Numbered from the stretch's first letter, positions 10,733-20,299 are shown. The stretch: DNA of 54,064 bases from Flavobacteriaceae bacterium (GCA_029245825.1 JAQWON010000011.1:1-54064), one strand, 5' to 3'. A program made the numbers and translations. Notes: generated by a model not told the origin, from the sequence alone.

Positions 10733-11344
10733 ATGAAAAAATTATTTTATCAATTATCCTTAATCACTATTTTTTTAACATTTAGCGCTATTAGCTACTC
10801 CCAATCCTACACTCCTTTATTTAACGGTAAAGATTTGAGTGGATGGACAATTCATGGAGAAGAAAAATGGTATGTCGATGATGGAAAAATAATATGTGAA
10901 AGTGGGCCTAAAAAAGAGTATGGATATCTATCAACAATTGATCATTACGATGATTTTGAATTAAGTCTAGATTTTAAACAAGATGCTGATGGTAACAGCG
11001 GTGTTTTTTTTAGATCAACTCTTGAAGGAACAAAAATTACTGGCTGGCAAGCCGAGGTTGCTCCTCCAGGCAATCACACGGGCGGAATATATGAGTCCTA
11101 TGGGAGAGGGTGGTTAATAAAACCTGATCCTGAAAAAGATAGGGCTCTTAAAATGGGGGATTGGAATAACCTTAAAGTTAAAGTCATAGGTTCAAAAGTG
11201 ATAACATATTTGAACGGTACTGAAATGATAGAAATAGAGGATGAAAAAATTGGTGAAGGAAAAGGGTCAATAGCTCTTCAAATTCATGATGGCGGAGGAA
11301 TAAAAGTAAGTTGGAAAAATATTAAAATAAAAGTTTTAAAATAG
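10733..11344 (+). CDS. DUF1080 (3-keto-disaccharide hydrolase family) secreted protein
   Basis: Signal peptide. LFNGKDLSGWTIHG..WYVDDGKI..LSTIDHYDDFELSLDFKQDADGNSGVFFRS ... GSIALQIHDGG. Confidence 0.8.
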   Translation: MKKLFYQLSLITIFLTFSAISYSQSYTPLFNGKDLSGWTIHGEEKWYVDDGKIICESGPKKEYGYLSTIDHYDDFELSLDFKQDADGNSGVFFRSTLEGTKITGWQAEVAPPGNHTGGIYESYGRGWLIKPDPEKDRALKMGDWNNLKVKVIGSKVITYLNGTEMIEIEDEKIGEGKGSIALQIHDGGGIKVSWKNIKIKVLK

Positions 11345-11355
11345 ACATAAATATT

Positions 11356-12105
11356 ATGCGAACAATTAAAACAAACACAAGAATTTTGTCAATATTAACA
11401 TTCCTATTGGGAATCACATTTTTATTTGAAGGTTGTAAAGAAAAGAAGCCCTCAAACGCTGAAAATGAATGGATAAATCTTTTTGACGGTAAAACAATTG
11501 ATGGGTGGAGAGTGTATAATGGAGATAAAATATCAAAAAAATGGGCCGTTATTGATGGAAATCTAACTTTTGATACTAAGCTAAAATTGGAAGATGAATT
11601 TTCTGGAGGTGGGGATATAATATACTACAAGGAAGAATTTGGAAATTTTGAATTGTATGTTGAGTGGAAACTACCTAAAGGAGGCAACAGTGGAATACTA
11701 TATCATGTGAAAGAAGGGTACAATAGTCCCTTTGATGTTTCTCCTGAATATCAGCTGCTTGATGATGATGGCTGGGAAGAAATCAATAATGCCAAACTTG
11801 AAGAGTGGCAAAAAGCAGGAGCTGATTACGCTATGTACACACCAGATAATGAAAAGAAAAAGCTAAATCCTGCGGGAGAGTGGAATTCATCTAAAATAGT
11901 CTATACAGAAAAAAAAGTTGAACACTGGTTAAATGGAGAATTAATTCTCTCCTTTGTTCCTTATTCTGAAGATTGGTATCAAAGGAAGAATTCTGGGAAG
12001 TGGAAAGACTACCCCAATTACAAAAAATTTAAAAAAGGTTACATTGCCCTTCAAGACCATGATAGTCCAATATGGTTTAAAACTATAAAATTAAGACCTC
12101 TTTAG
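11356..12105 (+). CDS. DUF1080 (3-keto-disaccharide hydrolase family) lipoprotein, paralog of the preceding gene
   Basis: Lipobox FLFEGCKEK. LFDGKTIDGWRVY..WAVIDGNLTFD..FGNFELYVEWKLPKGGNSGILYHV ... GYIALQDHDSPIWFKTIKL. Confidence 0.8.
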   Translation: MRTIKTNTRILSILTFLLGITFLFEGCKEKKPSNAENEWINLFDGKTIDGWRVYNGDKISKKWAVIDGNLTFDTKLKLEDEFSGGGDIIYYKEEFGNFELYVEWKLPKGGNSGILYHVKEGYNSPFDVSPEYQLLDDDGWEEINNAKLEEWQKAGADYAMYTPDNEKKKLNPAGEWNSSKIVYTEKKVEHWLNGELILSFVPYSEDWYQRKNSGKWKDYPNYKKFKKGYIALQDHDSPIWFKTIKLRPL

Positions 12106-12156
12106 CTTTATTTGAAAACTCTATAGTGCTATAAAAAAAATTATTGTAATAAATTA

Positions 12157-12184
12157 TTGCCAAATCTAAATTATTATAAATTTG
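12157..12184 (+). promoter_or_regulatory. Bacteroidetes-type promoter candidate (-33 TTG / -7 TAAATTTG)
   Basis: TTG at 12157-12159, a 17-nt spacer, and TAAATTTG (TAnnTTTG) at 12177-12184. The ATG at 12193 is only 9 nt downstream, so the start could also be the ATG at 12208. Confidence 0.25.
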
Positions 12185-12192
12185 TAACAATT

Positions 12193-14439
12193 ATGAGTAA
12201 GACAATGCGAAAGAAATTTATAGTTATTCTGTTTTTAATATCTTTTTTCTCATCTGCTCAAAAAGAATACTCCCTTAGCAAAATATCTCCAGATAAAATT
12301 AAATTAGACGGGGTAGTTAATATGACTGAATGGGGAGATGCGGTTCAAATTCCACTAATCTTCGAACAGTTTCCTGGTAATAATACAAAAGCTGAAAGAA
12401 ATACTGTTGCATATCTTACTTATTCAGATGAATTTCTCTTTGTTGCATTTATTTCTTTTATTGATCCAGATACAGAGGTTAGAGGATCTATAAGGCCCCG
12501 GGATAATATGAGTGTTTGGAATGATGACATGTTCATTATTAGTTTTGACCCTTTTAAAGATGCGAGAAATAATTTTGTTCTTTCATCAAACTCTCTAGGG
12601 AGTCAGTTTGACCTTCGGATGTTAAATGCTACTGATGACAGGGGCAAATACGACTCAAGTTTTAACGCAAACTTTGTCTCGGTCGGATCCATTACTGAGG
12701 ATAGATATCAGGTAGAATGGAAAATTCCATTTTCTGAAATTCCTTCTCCAAATGGAGAAAATCAGCAATGGCATTTCAACCTTGGAAACAGATATTATAA
12801 AGACGGGAAAAATATTGAACTAGGAAGTCAGACAATAGATAGGGATAATCCATGTGAAGTATGTCAAACTACAGATATATTAACTCTAAATGATATCAAA
12901 ATAAAAAAACGATTTGGATTACTTCCCTATGTTTCGGCTTCCGTTTCAGGAGAGAGAGAAAACATAGATGATAAAATTGGCTATGAGCCTATTGAAAGAA
13001 GAGTTGGTCTTGGAATAAATATGGACTTCAACAAGACAACATCTCTTGAGGTTACTTTTAATCCAGACTTTTCTCAGGTGGAAGCTGATGTTACAAGAAT
13101 TGACATCAATTCAGCTGTTTCTCTAAGGTATCGGGAAAGAAGGCCTTACTTTAGTCGAGGGACAGATATTGTCCGCTTTAGTGATGGTGCATTTTATTCC
13201 CGATCCATAAGTAATCCATCTATCTCAACAAAATTATTAAGTCAAAATTCTAATAGTAGAATTTTTTTCTTAACTGCCGTTGATCAAGATTCGCCCTATT
13301 TGATTGCCAGCGAAGACAAATCCTATCTAGGGCAGGGAGGTCAGAGCTTTGTAAATGTTTTCAGGTATCAAAGAATAATAAATGATAAAACTCGTGTCGG
13401 AATGTATACATCAAACCGATATTATAAAGATGGAGGATATGGCAATTTGTTTGGAATTGATGGCCTGTTAATATTAAACAAAAAATGGAGATTAAATTAT
13501 GAACTATTTAAAAACTTTAACCAAGAGCCTAATAAAGATTGGATTGATAGCTCAGATAAAATTGGAGATCGCTCAATCATGTTAGATGGAGAACAGTTTA
13601 ATGGAGATGCCATATATCTTACTTTTGAAAGAAATACCGAACATTGGAAAAGTTATTTTACCTATAGAAATATATCTCCTAATTATCAAACGGATGTTGG
13701 ATTTGTTGTCAAAAACAATCGCCGCTGGGCTACCTTTCGTCATATGTATCAAAACATTGTAGACAAAGAAAACCTGAGAAGCTTCGAACTTGGAACAAAA
13801 TTAGATGTAAACTATACTTTCGATAATAACCTAAAAACTATTTCACTAGATGGGGATTTTCAATTTCAAACAATTGGTAATACTGAAATATCATTTACTT
13901 ATGATTGGGATATTTTTAAAAATTTTATGGGTGTTGATTTTAAAAATCTTCCAACTTCAGATCTTAATATAAGAAGTTCCCCAACTGAATTTTTTAATTT
14001 TAATATTTCATATGAATGGGGCAAAGATTTAGCATATAATGAGGAAATTCCTGAAAAGGGAAAACTAAGAACGTTTTCTATTTACACATCATTTCAAATT
14101 AATGAAAATCTAAACATTAATGGATTATTAAATTATTCGGAGCTAAAGAATCTTGAGACGCTTGAAGATTATTTTTCCGGTAATATTTTCAGGCTAACTA
14201 CAAGATATCAGTTTTCAAATTTTTTTAATTTGAGACTCATTGCTGAGAAGAATACTTTTAATAAATCTTTTTTTATTCAACCATTAGTTCAATGGAATCC
14301 TAATCCTTCAACTATATTTTATCTTGGAGGAAATCAAAATACAGATTTAGAAATTGATGAGGAGATTATTCCCCTTCTCAAATTTAGAAGATCACAAATT
14401 TTCTTTAAATTTCAATACCTAATAGGAGTTAAAAAATAA
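12193..14439 (+). CDS. CBM9-like / DUF5916 domain protein (large secreted or outer-membrane protein)
   Basis: Signal peptide MRKKFIVILFLISFFSSAQ. N-terminal KIKLDGVVNMTEWGDAVQIPLIFEQFPGNN pattern typical of CBM9/DUF5916 proteins. The long beta-rich C-terminal region ends in FKFQYLIGV. The ORF-track TTG at 12157 is probably too far upstream. Confidence 0.6.
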   Translation: MSKTMRKKFIVILFLISFFSSAQKEYSLSKISPDKIKLDGVVNMTEWGDAVQIPLIFEQFPGNNTKAERNTVAYLTYSDEFLFVAFISFIDPDTEVRGSIRPRDNMSVWNDDMFIISFDPFKDARNNFVLSSNSLGSQFDLRMLNATDDRGKYDSSFNANFVSVGSITEDRYQVEWKIPFSEIPSPNGENQQWHFNLGNRYYKDGKNIELGSQTIDRDNPCEVCQTTDILTLNDIKIKKRFGLLPYVSASVSGERENIDDKIGYEPIERRVGLGINMDFNKTTSLEVTFNPDFSQVEADVTRIDINSAVSLRYRERRPYFSRGTDIVRFSDGAFYSRSISNPSISTKLLSQNSNSRIFFLTAVDQDSPYLIASEDKSYLGQGGQSFVNVFRYQRIINDKTRVGMYTSNRYYKDGGYGNLFGIDGLLILNKKWRLNYELFKNFNQEPNKDWIDSSDKIGDRSIMLDGEQFNGDAIYLTFERNTEHWKSYFTYRNISPNYQTDVGFVVKNNRRWATFRHMYQNIVDKENLRSFELGTKLDVNYTFDNNLKTISLDGDFQFQTIGNTEISFTYDWDIFKNFMGVDFKNLPTSDLNIRSSPTEFFNFNISYEWGKDLAYNEEIPEKGKLRTFSIYTSFQINENLNINGLLNYSELKNLETLEDYFSGNIFRLTTRYQFSNFFNLRLIAEKNTFNKSFFIQPLVQWNPNPSTIFYLGGNQNTDLEIDEEIIPLLKFRRSQIFFKFQYLIGVKK

Positions 14440-14473
14440 TTAAAAAAAATTTTATACTTTTAGTCATCTCACT

Positions 14474-15814
14474 ATGAGAAAAAGAAGGGATTTTTTAAAA
14501 ATTTTCGCCGCTTTTAGCGGATTTTCGTTTATGCCATCATTTGCTTGGTCATCTTCAAATCAGAGGTTTCTTAGAACTGCTCATATTGGAGTTGGGGGAA
14601 TGGGCCTTGAGGATTTAAAAGCTATTTCATCTCATGGTGAAGTTCAAGTTGTTGCCTTATGCGATGTTGATAGTAATGCCTTAAAAAAAGCAAAAGAATT
14701 ATTCCCAAAGGCAGATACATATAAAGACTATAGAAGAATGCTCTCAAGTAATGCAAACAAAATAGATGCCGTAATTGTTTCAACACCTGATCATACTCAT
14801 GCGCCTGCATCTATAATGGCAATGAAAATGGACAAAAATGTTTATTGCCAAAAGCCTCTAACGCATCATGTTTCAGAAGCGCGAACCATGAGCCAATTAG
14901 CAGAAGAAAAAAACTTGGTTACCCAAATGGGTATTCAAGTTCATTCATTTTATGATTACAAACTTGCTACTTTATTGATTCAATCTGGAATAATCGGTAA
15001 AGTTAGTACTGTAAGGGCTTGGTCACCAAAAAATTGGGGATATGATGGCCCAGAACCTGAAGGGGAAGATCCTGTGCCCAAGAATTTAGATTGGAATCTA
15101 TGGCTTGGAACTGCGCCTGATAGACCTTATAAAGATAAAGTTTATCATCCATTCAACTGGAGAAAGCTTGTCGATTACGGATGTGGAACACTAGGTGATA
15201 TGGGGGTTCATATTTTTGATACTCCTTATAATGCTCTTGCTCTTGATGTGCCACTTACGATTAAAAATAGCTGTAGAAAGCCTAATGGTTTTGGATTTCC
15301 TGAAAATAATATAGTAACATATACATTCCCCGGAACACCTTATACAACTGATACTCTTAAATGGATATGGCATGACGGTGCAGATGCTCCCAAATATCAT
15401 AAAGATCTAAAATTACCTAAAAGAGAAAAGCTCCCTCAACAAGGAGCGATGTTTGTTGGAGAAAAAGGAAAATTATTACTTCCTCATTTTATGGAACTGC
15501 CAAGATTAATTGTTAATGGGGAATATAAAGAAATAGATATTACTCCTTTTGAAAAGTCAAAAAAAATTGGTGCTCCGGTTAGAAATTATCAGCAAGAATC
15601 TCCCAAACATTATCATCAATTTGTTGATGCCTGCTTAGATAAAGGGACTTGCACCGCTCCTTTTTCATATTCTGCAAAACTAACTGAAACAATTCTTCTT
15701 GGAGTTATAGCTGGAAGATTTCCAAACAAAACTTTACACTGGGATAAAGAAGCCTCCAAATTTGAGGAATCTGAAGCGAACAAGTATTTAAACTTTGAAT
15801 ACAGAGATTTTTAA
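14474..15814 (+). CDS. Gfo/Idh/MocA-family NAD(P)-dependent oxidoreductase with twin-arginine (Tat) signal
   Basis: MRKRRDFLKIFAAFSGFSF (RRxFLK Tat motif). Rossmann GVGGMGLEDL, VVALCDVD, STPDHTHA, CQKPL. Confidence 0.85.
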   Translation: MRKRRDFLKIFAAFSGFSFMPSFAWSSSNQRFLRTAHIGVGGMGLEDLKAISSHGEVQVVALCDVDSNALKKAKELFPKADTYKDYRRMLSSNANKIDAVIVSTPDHTHAPASIMAMKMDKNVYCQKPLTHHVSEARTMSQLAEEKNLVTQMGIQVHSFYDYKLATLLIQSGIIGKVSTVRAWSPKNWGYDGPEPEGEDPVPKNLDWNLWLGTAPDRPYKDKVYHPFNWRKLVDYGCGTLGDMGVHIFDTPYNALALDVPLTIKNSCRKPNGFGFPENNIVTYTFPGTPYTTDTLKWIWHDGADAPKYHKDLKLPKREKLPQQGAMFVGEKGKLLLPHFMELPRLIVNGEYKEIDITPFEKSKKIGAPVRNYQQESPKHYHQFVDACLDKGTCTAPFSYSAKLTETILLGVIAGRFPNKTLHWDKEASKFEESEANKYLNFEYRDF

Positions 15815-15852
15815 TCCTAAACTTCAAAATACTTCCTCTTAAAAAATAGAAA

Positions 15853-16215
15853 ATGCTTAAAAAAATAACAATTTTTATAATGTCTTTTTTCTATATATAC
15901 ATCGGCATAAAACATTTTACTGACCCTGATTACTTTTTAGGTATTATGCCTCCCTACCTTAATTGGCATCTAGAACTTGTTTATTTAAGTGGTTTTTTTG
16001 AAGTTATTTTAGGATTGGGGCTGCTGACAAAATATAGAAGACATTCTGCGCTTGGCTTAATTCTGCTTTTAATTGCTGTTTTCCCAGCTAACATTCATTT
16101 AATTATAAGTGAAGAGGCTCAAATGTCAATTGATATAACTAAACAAACAGCAATTATTAGGGCCCCTTTTCAACTTCTTTTTATAGGTTTAGCTTATTGG
16201 CATTCAAAGCCATAA
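15853..16215 (+). CDS. DoxX-like small integral membrane protein
   Basis: 120 aa with 4 TM segments. GIKHFTDPDYFLGIMPPYL..LVYLSGFFEVILGLGLL..VFPANIHL pattern. Confidence 0.6.
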   Translation: MLKKITIFIMSFFYIYIGIKHFTDPDYFLGIMPPYLNWHLELVYLSGFFEVILGLGLLTKYRRHSALGLILLLIAVFPANIHLIISEEAQMSIDITKQTAIIRAPFQLLFIGLAYWHSKP

Positions 16216-16262
16216 TTTTTGTTAACTCACATCATAGAATTATATTTGTCTTTTTTAATGAA

Positions 16263-17051
16263 ATGAAATTATACCTATATCAAATTGATGCTTTTACAGA
16301 TAAAGTTTTCGGAGGTAATCCTGCCTGTGTTGTTCCGCTTCATAAATGGTTAGAAGATGAAATACTTTTGAAGATAGCACAAGAAAATGCTGTTTCAGAA
16401 ACTGCGTTTTTCGTTCAAAATGATCATTTTTTTCATTTACGTTGGTTCACCCCTGATATTGAAATGGACCTTTGCGGACATGCAACACTTGCCGCTGCGT
16501 ATGTGATAAAAAAGTATTTAAAATACCCTAAAGATGTTATCCCTTTTAATAGTCTAAGCGGTAAATTAAATGTTCATGCCAATGATGAAAATTTCACTTT
16601 GGACTTTCCTTCAAGAGAACCTGTTAGTTCTGAGTTGCCTTTACTTATTAAAAATTCTCTAAGCATACAGCCGCAAAAAATCCTAAAATCAAGAGATTAC
16701 TTTTTGGTGTATAATAATCAAAAAGAAATTGAAGATATAAAAATAGACCGATCAATAATTGATCAGATAAATCTCGACCCTGGCGGAGTTATTATAACAG
16801 CAAAGGGAGATAATTGTGATTTTGTTTCAAGGTGGTTTGCTCCACAATCAACTATTTTTGAAGATCCTGTAACTGGCTCAGCCCACTGCTCATTAATTCC
16901 ATATTGGAGCAAAGAGTTGAAAAAGAAAAAAATGGAAGCCATGCAGCTTTCATCAAGAAAGGGGAAACTTTTATGTGAGGATAAAGGAGAAAGGGTTCTA
17001 ATCAGCGGGAAAGCCACTACTTACTTTATAGGAAATATTTGGATTGATTAA
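16263..17051 (+). CDS. PhzF-family isomerase/epimerase-like protein
   Basis: MKLYLYQIDAFTDKVFGGNPACVV, SETAFF, LRWFTP..EMDLCGHATLAAA, EDPVTGSAHCSL. The upstream extension in the ORF track (16197) overlaps the previous gene and is unlikely to be real. Confidence 0.85.
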   Translation: MKLYLYQIDAFTDKVFGGNPACVVPLHKWLEDEILLKIAQENAVSETAFFVQNDHFFHLRWFTPDIEMDLCGHATLAAAYVIKKYLKYPKDVIPFNSLSGKLNVHANDENFTLDFPSREPVSSELPLLIKNSLSIQPQKILKSRDYFLVYNNQKEIEDIKIDRSIIDQINLDPGGVIITAKGDNCDFVSRWFAPQSTIFEDPVTGSAHCSLIPYWSKELKKKKMEAMQLSSRKGKLLCEDKGERVLISGKATTYFIGNIWID

Positions 17052-18561
17052 AATTGCTGTGATAGGAAATAAAAAATTTCTGTTTTTTCTTTTGTCATTG
17101 AATGTCCTTTTTACGAATGGGCAAACTAAATATGTTAAGGTTATAGACTCGTTAACAAAAGATCCTATCCCTTATGCAACTGTTCTTTTTTCAAATAATA
17201 CGGGAATAATAACTGATGATAATGGCAGATTTGAACTGCTAGAAGAGCAATACCTTAATAATGATTCAATTTATGTCTCATTTATTGGATTTAAAACACT
17301 ATCAAGAGAATTATCTAGCCTTAAGGACAGTCTTTTAATTCTTTCTCCAAATCCTATTAAGCTAAATGAAATTGTTTTAACCAACCGGGAATATTCAGCA
17401 GAAGAAATTGTTGGAAAAATACGTGAGAATATCAGCCAAAATTATGAAATCCAAATTTTGGACAATTTACTTTTCTTTGGTCAAAAAGAGTCTAATGAAC
17501 TAAACAGAATAAAGATTTCTAAGTACAAATCTTCGATCAAAGAACTAAACAGAAGTTTTCTTGACAGCATGCTAAGCTCAATGGATAAAAAAAACGAATA
17601 TGCCATAGAAGTTTTAGGTAATTATTCTGGGAGTTTTAAAAAGGAGCAGCAAAAAATAAACCTAATAAAAGCAAGAGAGACCTATAGTCAAGAAAAAGAC
17701 CTAACCGTGCTTGCGCTTGAAGAAAAATTTGAAGAGGCTATTAAAAATAATGTTAAATCAAATTCTTATTTCAAAGTAAAATCAGGAATTTTTGGAGGAG
17801 AAATGGAGAACGAATATATCGATAACCTAAAAGGTGATGTAGATAGCACAGATACTGAAGCTGTTAAAAGAGAGCTCGCTGAGAAAAACAAAAAAGAGAT
17901 GAGAAGGAAACTGAATTTTGCTAAAAATAGAAAGGGTGAGCTAAGATCTATTCTAAATTATTTGTTTTATGCGCCCAAAACCAAATTAAACTTCATAACA
18001 AAATCAAACAGGTATAATTTCACTTTAAATGAAATGACATATTTTGCTAAAGACCCGGTTTACGTCCTTTCTTTTGAACCAAGGTGGGGAGAAGATTATA
18101 AGGGCACGATCTATGTTTCTATGGATGATTTTGCGGTGTTAAGAATGGATTTTGAAAATGTTAAATCTGTCTGGAGCTTTGATTTATTTGGAGTCTCGAT
18201 CGATGCTTATAAGAGATCAGGCCGAATTATTCTGTCAAAAAATAATCAAGGGAAATATTCCCCTAAATATTTTCAGTTCTCAAGCGCAACAAAATTTGCC
18301 GTAGATCGACCCCTAAAGTTTATTGAAAAAAATAAATTCGTTCGAGGCAGAAGAAAACAAAATGAGATATCGATGCGAATAGATCTAGAAACAACAAATC
18401 TCTCTCAGAGAGAGGTTAGAATTTTTAATTCCGAGAATCTCTCTCTCTCAGAATATGATGCCATCAAGGAGAGAAATACTGTCCTTCCAAAATTCCACGA
18501 AAAGTTTACTACTGACTTCTGGGAAGAATTAAAAACCTCTTCCGAAATCCTTCAAGAATAA
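17044..18561 (+). CDS. Uncharacterised secreted protein with N-terminal CarboxypepD_reg-like domain
   Basis: Signal-like FLFFLLSLNVLFTNGQ, then KVIDSLTKDPIPYATVLFSNNTGIITDDNGRFEL. The rest has no recognisable motif. The TTG start is uncertain. Confidence 0.5.
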   Translation: MIKIAVIGNKKFLFFLLSLNVLFTNGQTKYVKVIDSLTKDPIPYATVLFSNNTGIITDDNGRFELLEEQYLNNDSIYVSFIGFKTLSRELSSLKDSLLILSPNPIKLNEIVLTNREYSAEEIVGKIRENISQNYEIQILDNLLFFGQKESNELNRIKISKYKSSIKELNRSFLDSMLSSMDKKNEYAIEVLGNYSGSFKKEQQKINLIKARETYSQEKDLTVLALEEKFEEAIKNNVKSNSYFKVKSGIFGGEMENEYIDNLKGDVDSTDTEAVKRELAEKNKKEMRRKLNFAKNRKGELRSILNYLFYAPKTKLNFITKSNRYNFTLNEMTYFAKDPVYVLSFEPRWGEDYKGTIYVSMDDFAVLRMDFENVKSVWSFDLFGVSIDAYKRSGRIILSKNNQGKYSPKYFQFSSATKFAVDRPLKFIEKNKFVRGRRKQNEISMRIDLETTNLSQREVRIFNSENLSLSEYDAIKERNTVLPKFHEKFTTDFWEELKTSSEILQE

Positions 18562-18593
18562 ACTTTTATTTTATTTTTCTTAAATTAACATTT

Positions 18594-19490
18594 ATGAGAA
18601 AAGTCTTTTTATTGACTCTAATTGTCTTATTATCAATTTCTTCCTGTAAGAAAAAGGACTCTTCATATTCCTTAACTATATCAATTAATAATAATGGTAC
18701 GGTCAATTATGAATCTGGAAAATATCCTGAGGGAGAAACCATTAGCTTGGAAGCTACACCAGAGAGTGGCTACAGATTTATAGGATGGGATGGAGAAGAT
18801 TTAGAAAGTCCTACTGATGAAAACCCTATTACTATTTTCATGGATTCAAATAAATCAATTATTGCAAATTTTGTTAATATTGATAATCCAGATTACTCGG
18901 ACATGGGTTTTTGGGCTGATGAAATATACTCATCTATTGACTGGGATCTTGAAAATAATTTTAGCTCTATTGTTGAAGCTTTTGTCAAAGATGGAGAGAG
19001 GCATGGGGTTGATGTAAGTCATGTACTTGAAAATGATTTGAAATTTGAATTAGTAGAGGAAATTCCTGGTGCTAAAGCTAATGCTCCAGGTACATGTTGG
19101 AAAAATAGAGTTTCAATAAACTACGTATCATCAACATACTTAGCAGAAATTGAATCTTTAAAAAAAGGTGCGTATGGTTATTCTAACGGAATTCGTTATG
19201 ACGGTGATGTCCCATCAATTTTTAAAACGATGTGGCATGAGTTTGGTCATGATATATTAAACCTAGGTCACACTTGTGGTGATGGTTTTATAATGAATGG
19301 TTCAGGAGGATGTGAACCAGGAATAGTGGCATCAGGGGGTCCTCACAGTTGGTTTAGTAATGACAATAAACGCTCTATTAGATATCAAGTTAAAATTCTA
19401 TTCGAAGGAGTAGGTCAAATATGTTATCAAAATGGTTGTGAAAACTATTCAGGAGATAATGCTGATGATTATTGTAATGCTCAAAATTAA
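18594..19490 (+). CDS. Lipoprotein with InlB-B-repeat-like N-domain and putative zinc-metalloprotease C-domain
   Basis: Lipobox LLSISSCKKK. YSLTISINNNGTVNYESGKYPEGETISLEATPESGYRFIGWDG (divergent InlB B-repeat pattern). HEFGHDILNLGH zincin-like motif. Cys-rich C-terminus. Confidence 0.45.
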   Translation: MRKVFLLTLIVLLSISSCKKKDSSYSLTISINNNGTVNYESGKYPEGETISLEATPESGYRFIGWDGEDLESPTDENPITIFMDSNKSIIANFVNIDNPDYSDMGFWADEIYSSIDWDLENNFSSIVEAFVKDGERHGVDVSHVLENDLKFELVEEIPGAKANAPGTCWKNRVSINYVSSTYLAEIESLKKGAYGYSNGIRYDGDVPSIFKTMWHEFGHDILNLGHTCGDGFIMNGSGGCEPGIVASGGPHSWFSNDNKRSIRYQVKILFEGVGQICYQNGCENYSGDNADDYCNAQN

Positions 19491-19501
19491 AACACTTTAA
19501 C

Positions 19502-20299
19502 TTATTTTTGTCTGCCCTGCGCTGCCCATCTTATGCCTCTTTTTTGAATTTCAAAAGCTTCGCGGACATTGAAATCTGAAAGAAAGTGTCCAATTGAGGA
19601 GTAAAAAACCCTACCCTTGCCATAATTCTTTTTCCAAACAACTGGTATTTTATTCCCCGTAATCCAAGTGAGTTTTTTGTTCTTTGATTCAATCATTTTA
19701 TTATCTCTCCACTCATATAAAGGATAGCTCTCTTGATCAAATGTTGTTGTTGCAAGGACCTTGACATTAGGATCAACAAGCATATAATATTGTTCGGTTT
19801 TCTTAAGTGAGAAATCCTTAATTCCATTGGTTATAGGGTCTTGTGAATCAACAATATTAACCTCAAAATCTACAAACCCTCCCGGGTGAGAAAGGAAAAT
19901 TCCTCCGACAAGAAATTGGTAGTTCAAATTATCTCTAAAAGCATCTGCCATCCCTCCATGCCAACCAGCAAAACCTGCCCCATCAATTACCGCGTCCAAA
20001 AGCCCTTGAAACTGCTCATTATTGATTTTCCCCATAGACCAGTTCTGTATAATTAAATCTACTTGACTCATAATTTCTTTATCTGTATAAATATCCAATG
20101 AATTTGAAACTGTAACAATAGCTCCTTCTGATTTTAACCAGGGGACAAAAAAGTCTACAGATTCCTTGGGTTTATGCCCAGGCCATCCTCCCCATACGTA
20201 AATTACTTTTTTCCCTTTAAGAGGATTCAATAAATCTTCCCCTTGCCCAAAAGTTGCAAGGGTAAACAAAAATGCAAGTACAAAAACAAATCGCTTCAC
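19502..20299 (-). CDS. ThuA-domain protein (trehalose-utilisation-like, class-I glutamine amidotransferase-like fold), secreted
   Basis: Signal peptide. GFAGWHGGMADAF..YQFLVGGIFLSHPGG..FEVNIVDSQDPITNGI..YGKGRVFYSSIGH. Confidence 0.75.
   Translation of the reverse strand: MKRFVFVLAFLFTLATFGQGEDLLNPLKGKKVIYVWGGWPGHKPKESVDFFVPWLKSEGAIVTVSNSLDIYTDKEIMSQVDLIIQNWSMGKINNEQFQGLLDAVIDGAGFAGWHGGMADAFRDNLNYQFLVGGIFLSHPGGFVDFEVNIVDSQDPITNGIKDFSLKKTEQYYMLVDPNVKVLATTTFDQESYPLYEWRDNKMIESKNKKLTWITGNKIPVVWKKNYGKGRVFYSSIGHFLSDFNVREAFEIQKRGIRWAAQGRQK

Noticed and set aside
12157-12192. The six-frame track gives N-terminal ORF extensions at 12157, 16197, 21151, 23630, 26162 and 22549.
   Set aside because: In each case an internal ATG yields a canonical signal peptide or family-typical N-terminus. 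The extensions overlap upstream genes or promoter-like sequence. Only the 22549 extension is discussed further, because of its integrase-like sequence.
18399-18455. There is a ctctctc-a-gagagag palindrome and a (ct)5 run inside the 505-aa ORF.
   Set aside because: The loop is too small for a stable hairpin and the repeat is short. Both lie in frame within coding sequence (NLSQRE / NLSLSE) and have no associated regulatory context.
18791-18800. A 10-nt exact copy (tggagaagat) of the 3-prime end of tRNA-Ala was considered as a possible distal att site. It would bound an island from 18.8 to 22.6 kb.
   Set aside because: It is only 10 nt, with about 0.1 or more expected by chance in this window. 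It lies inside a CDS (encoding GWDGEDL) and has no flanking extension of the match. The enclosed genes do not look like mobile-element cargo.
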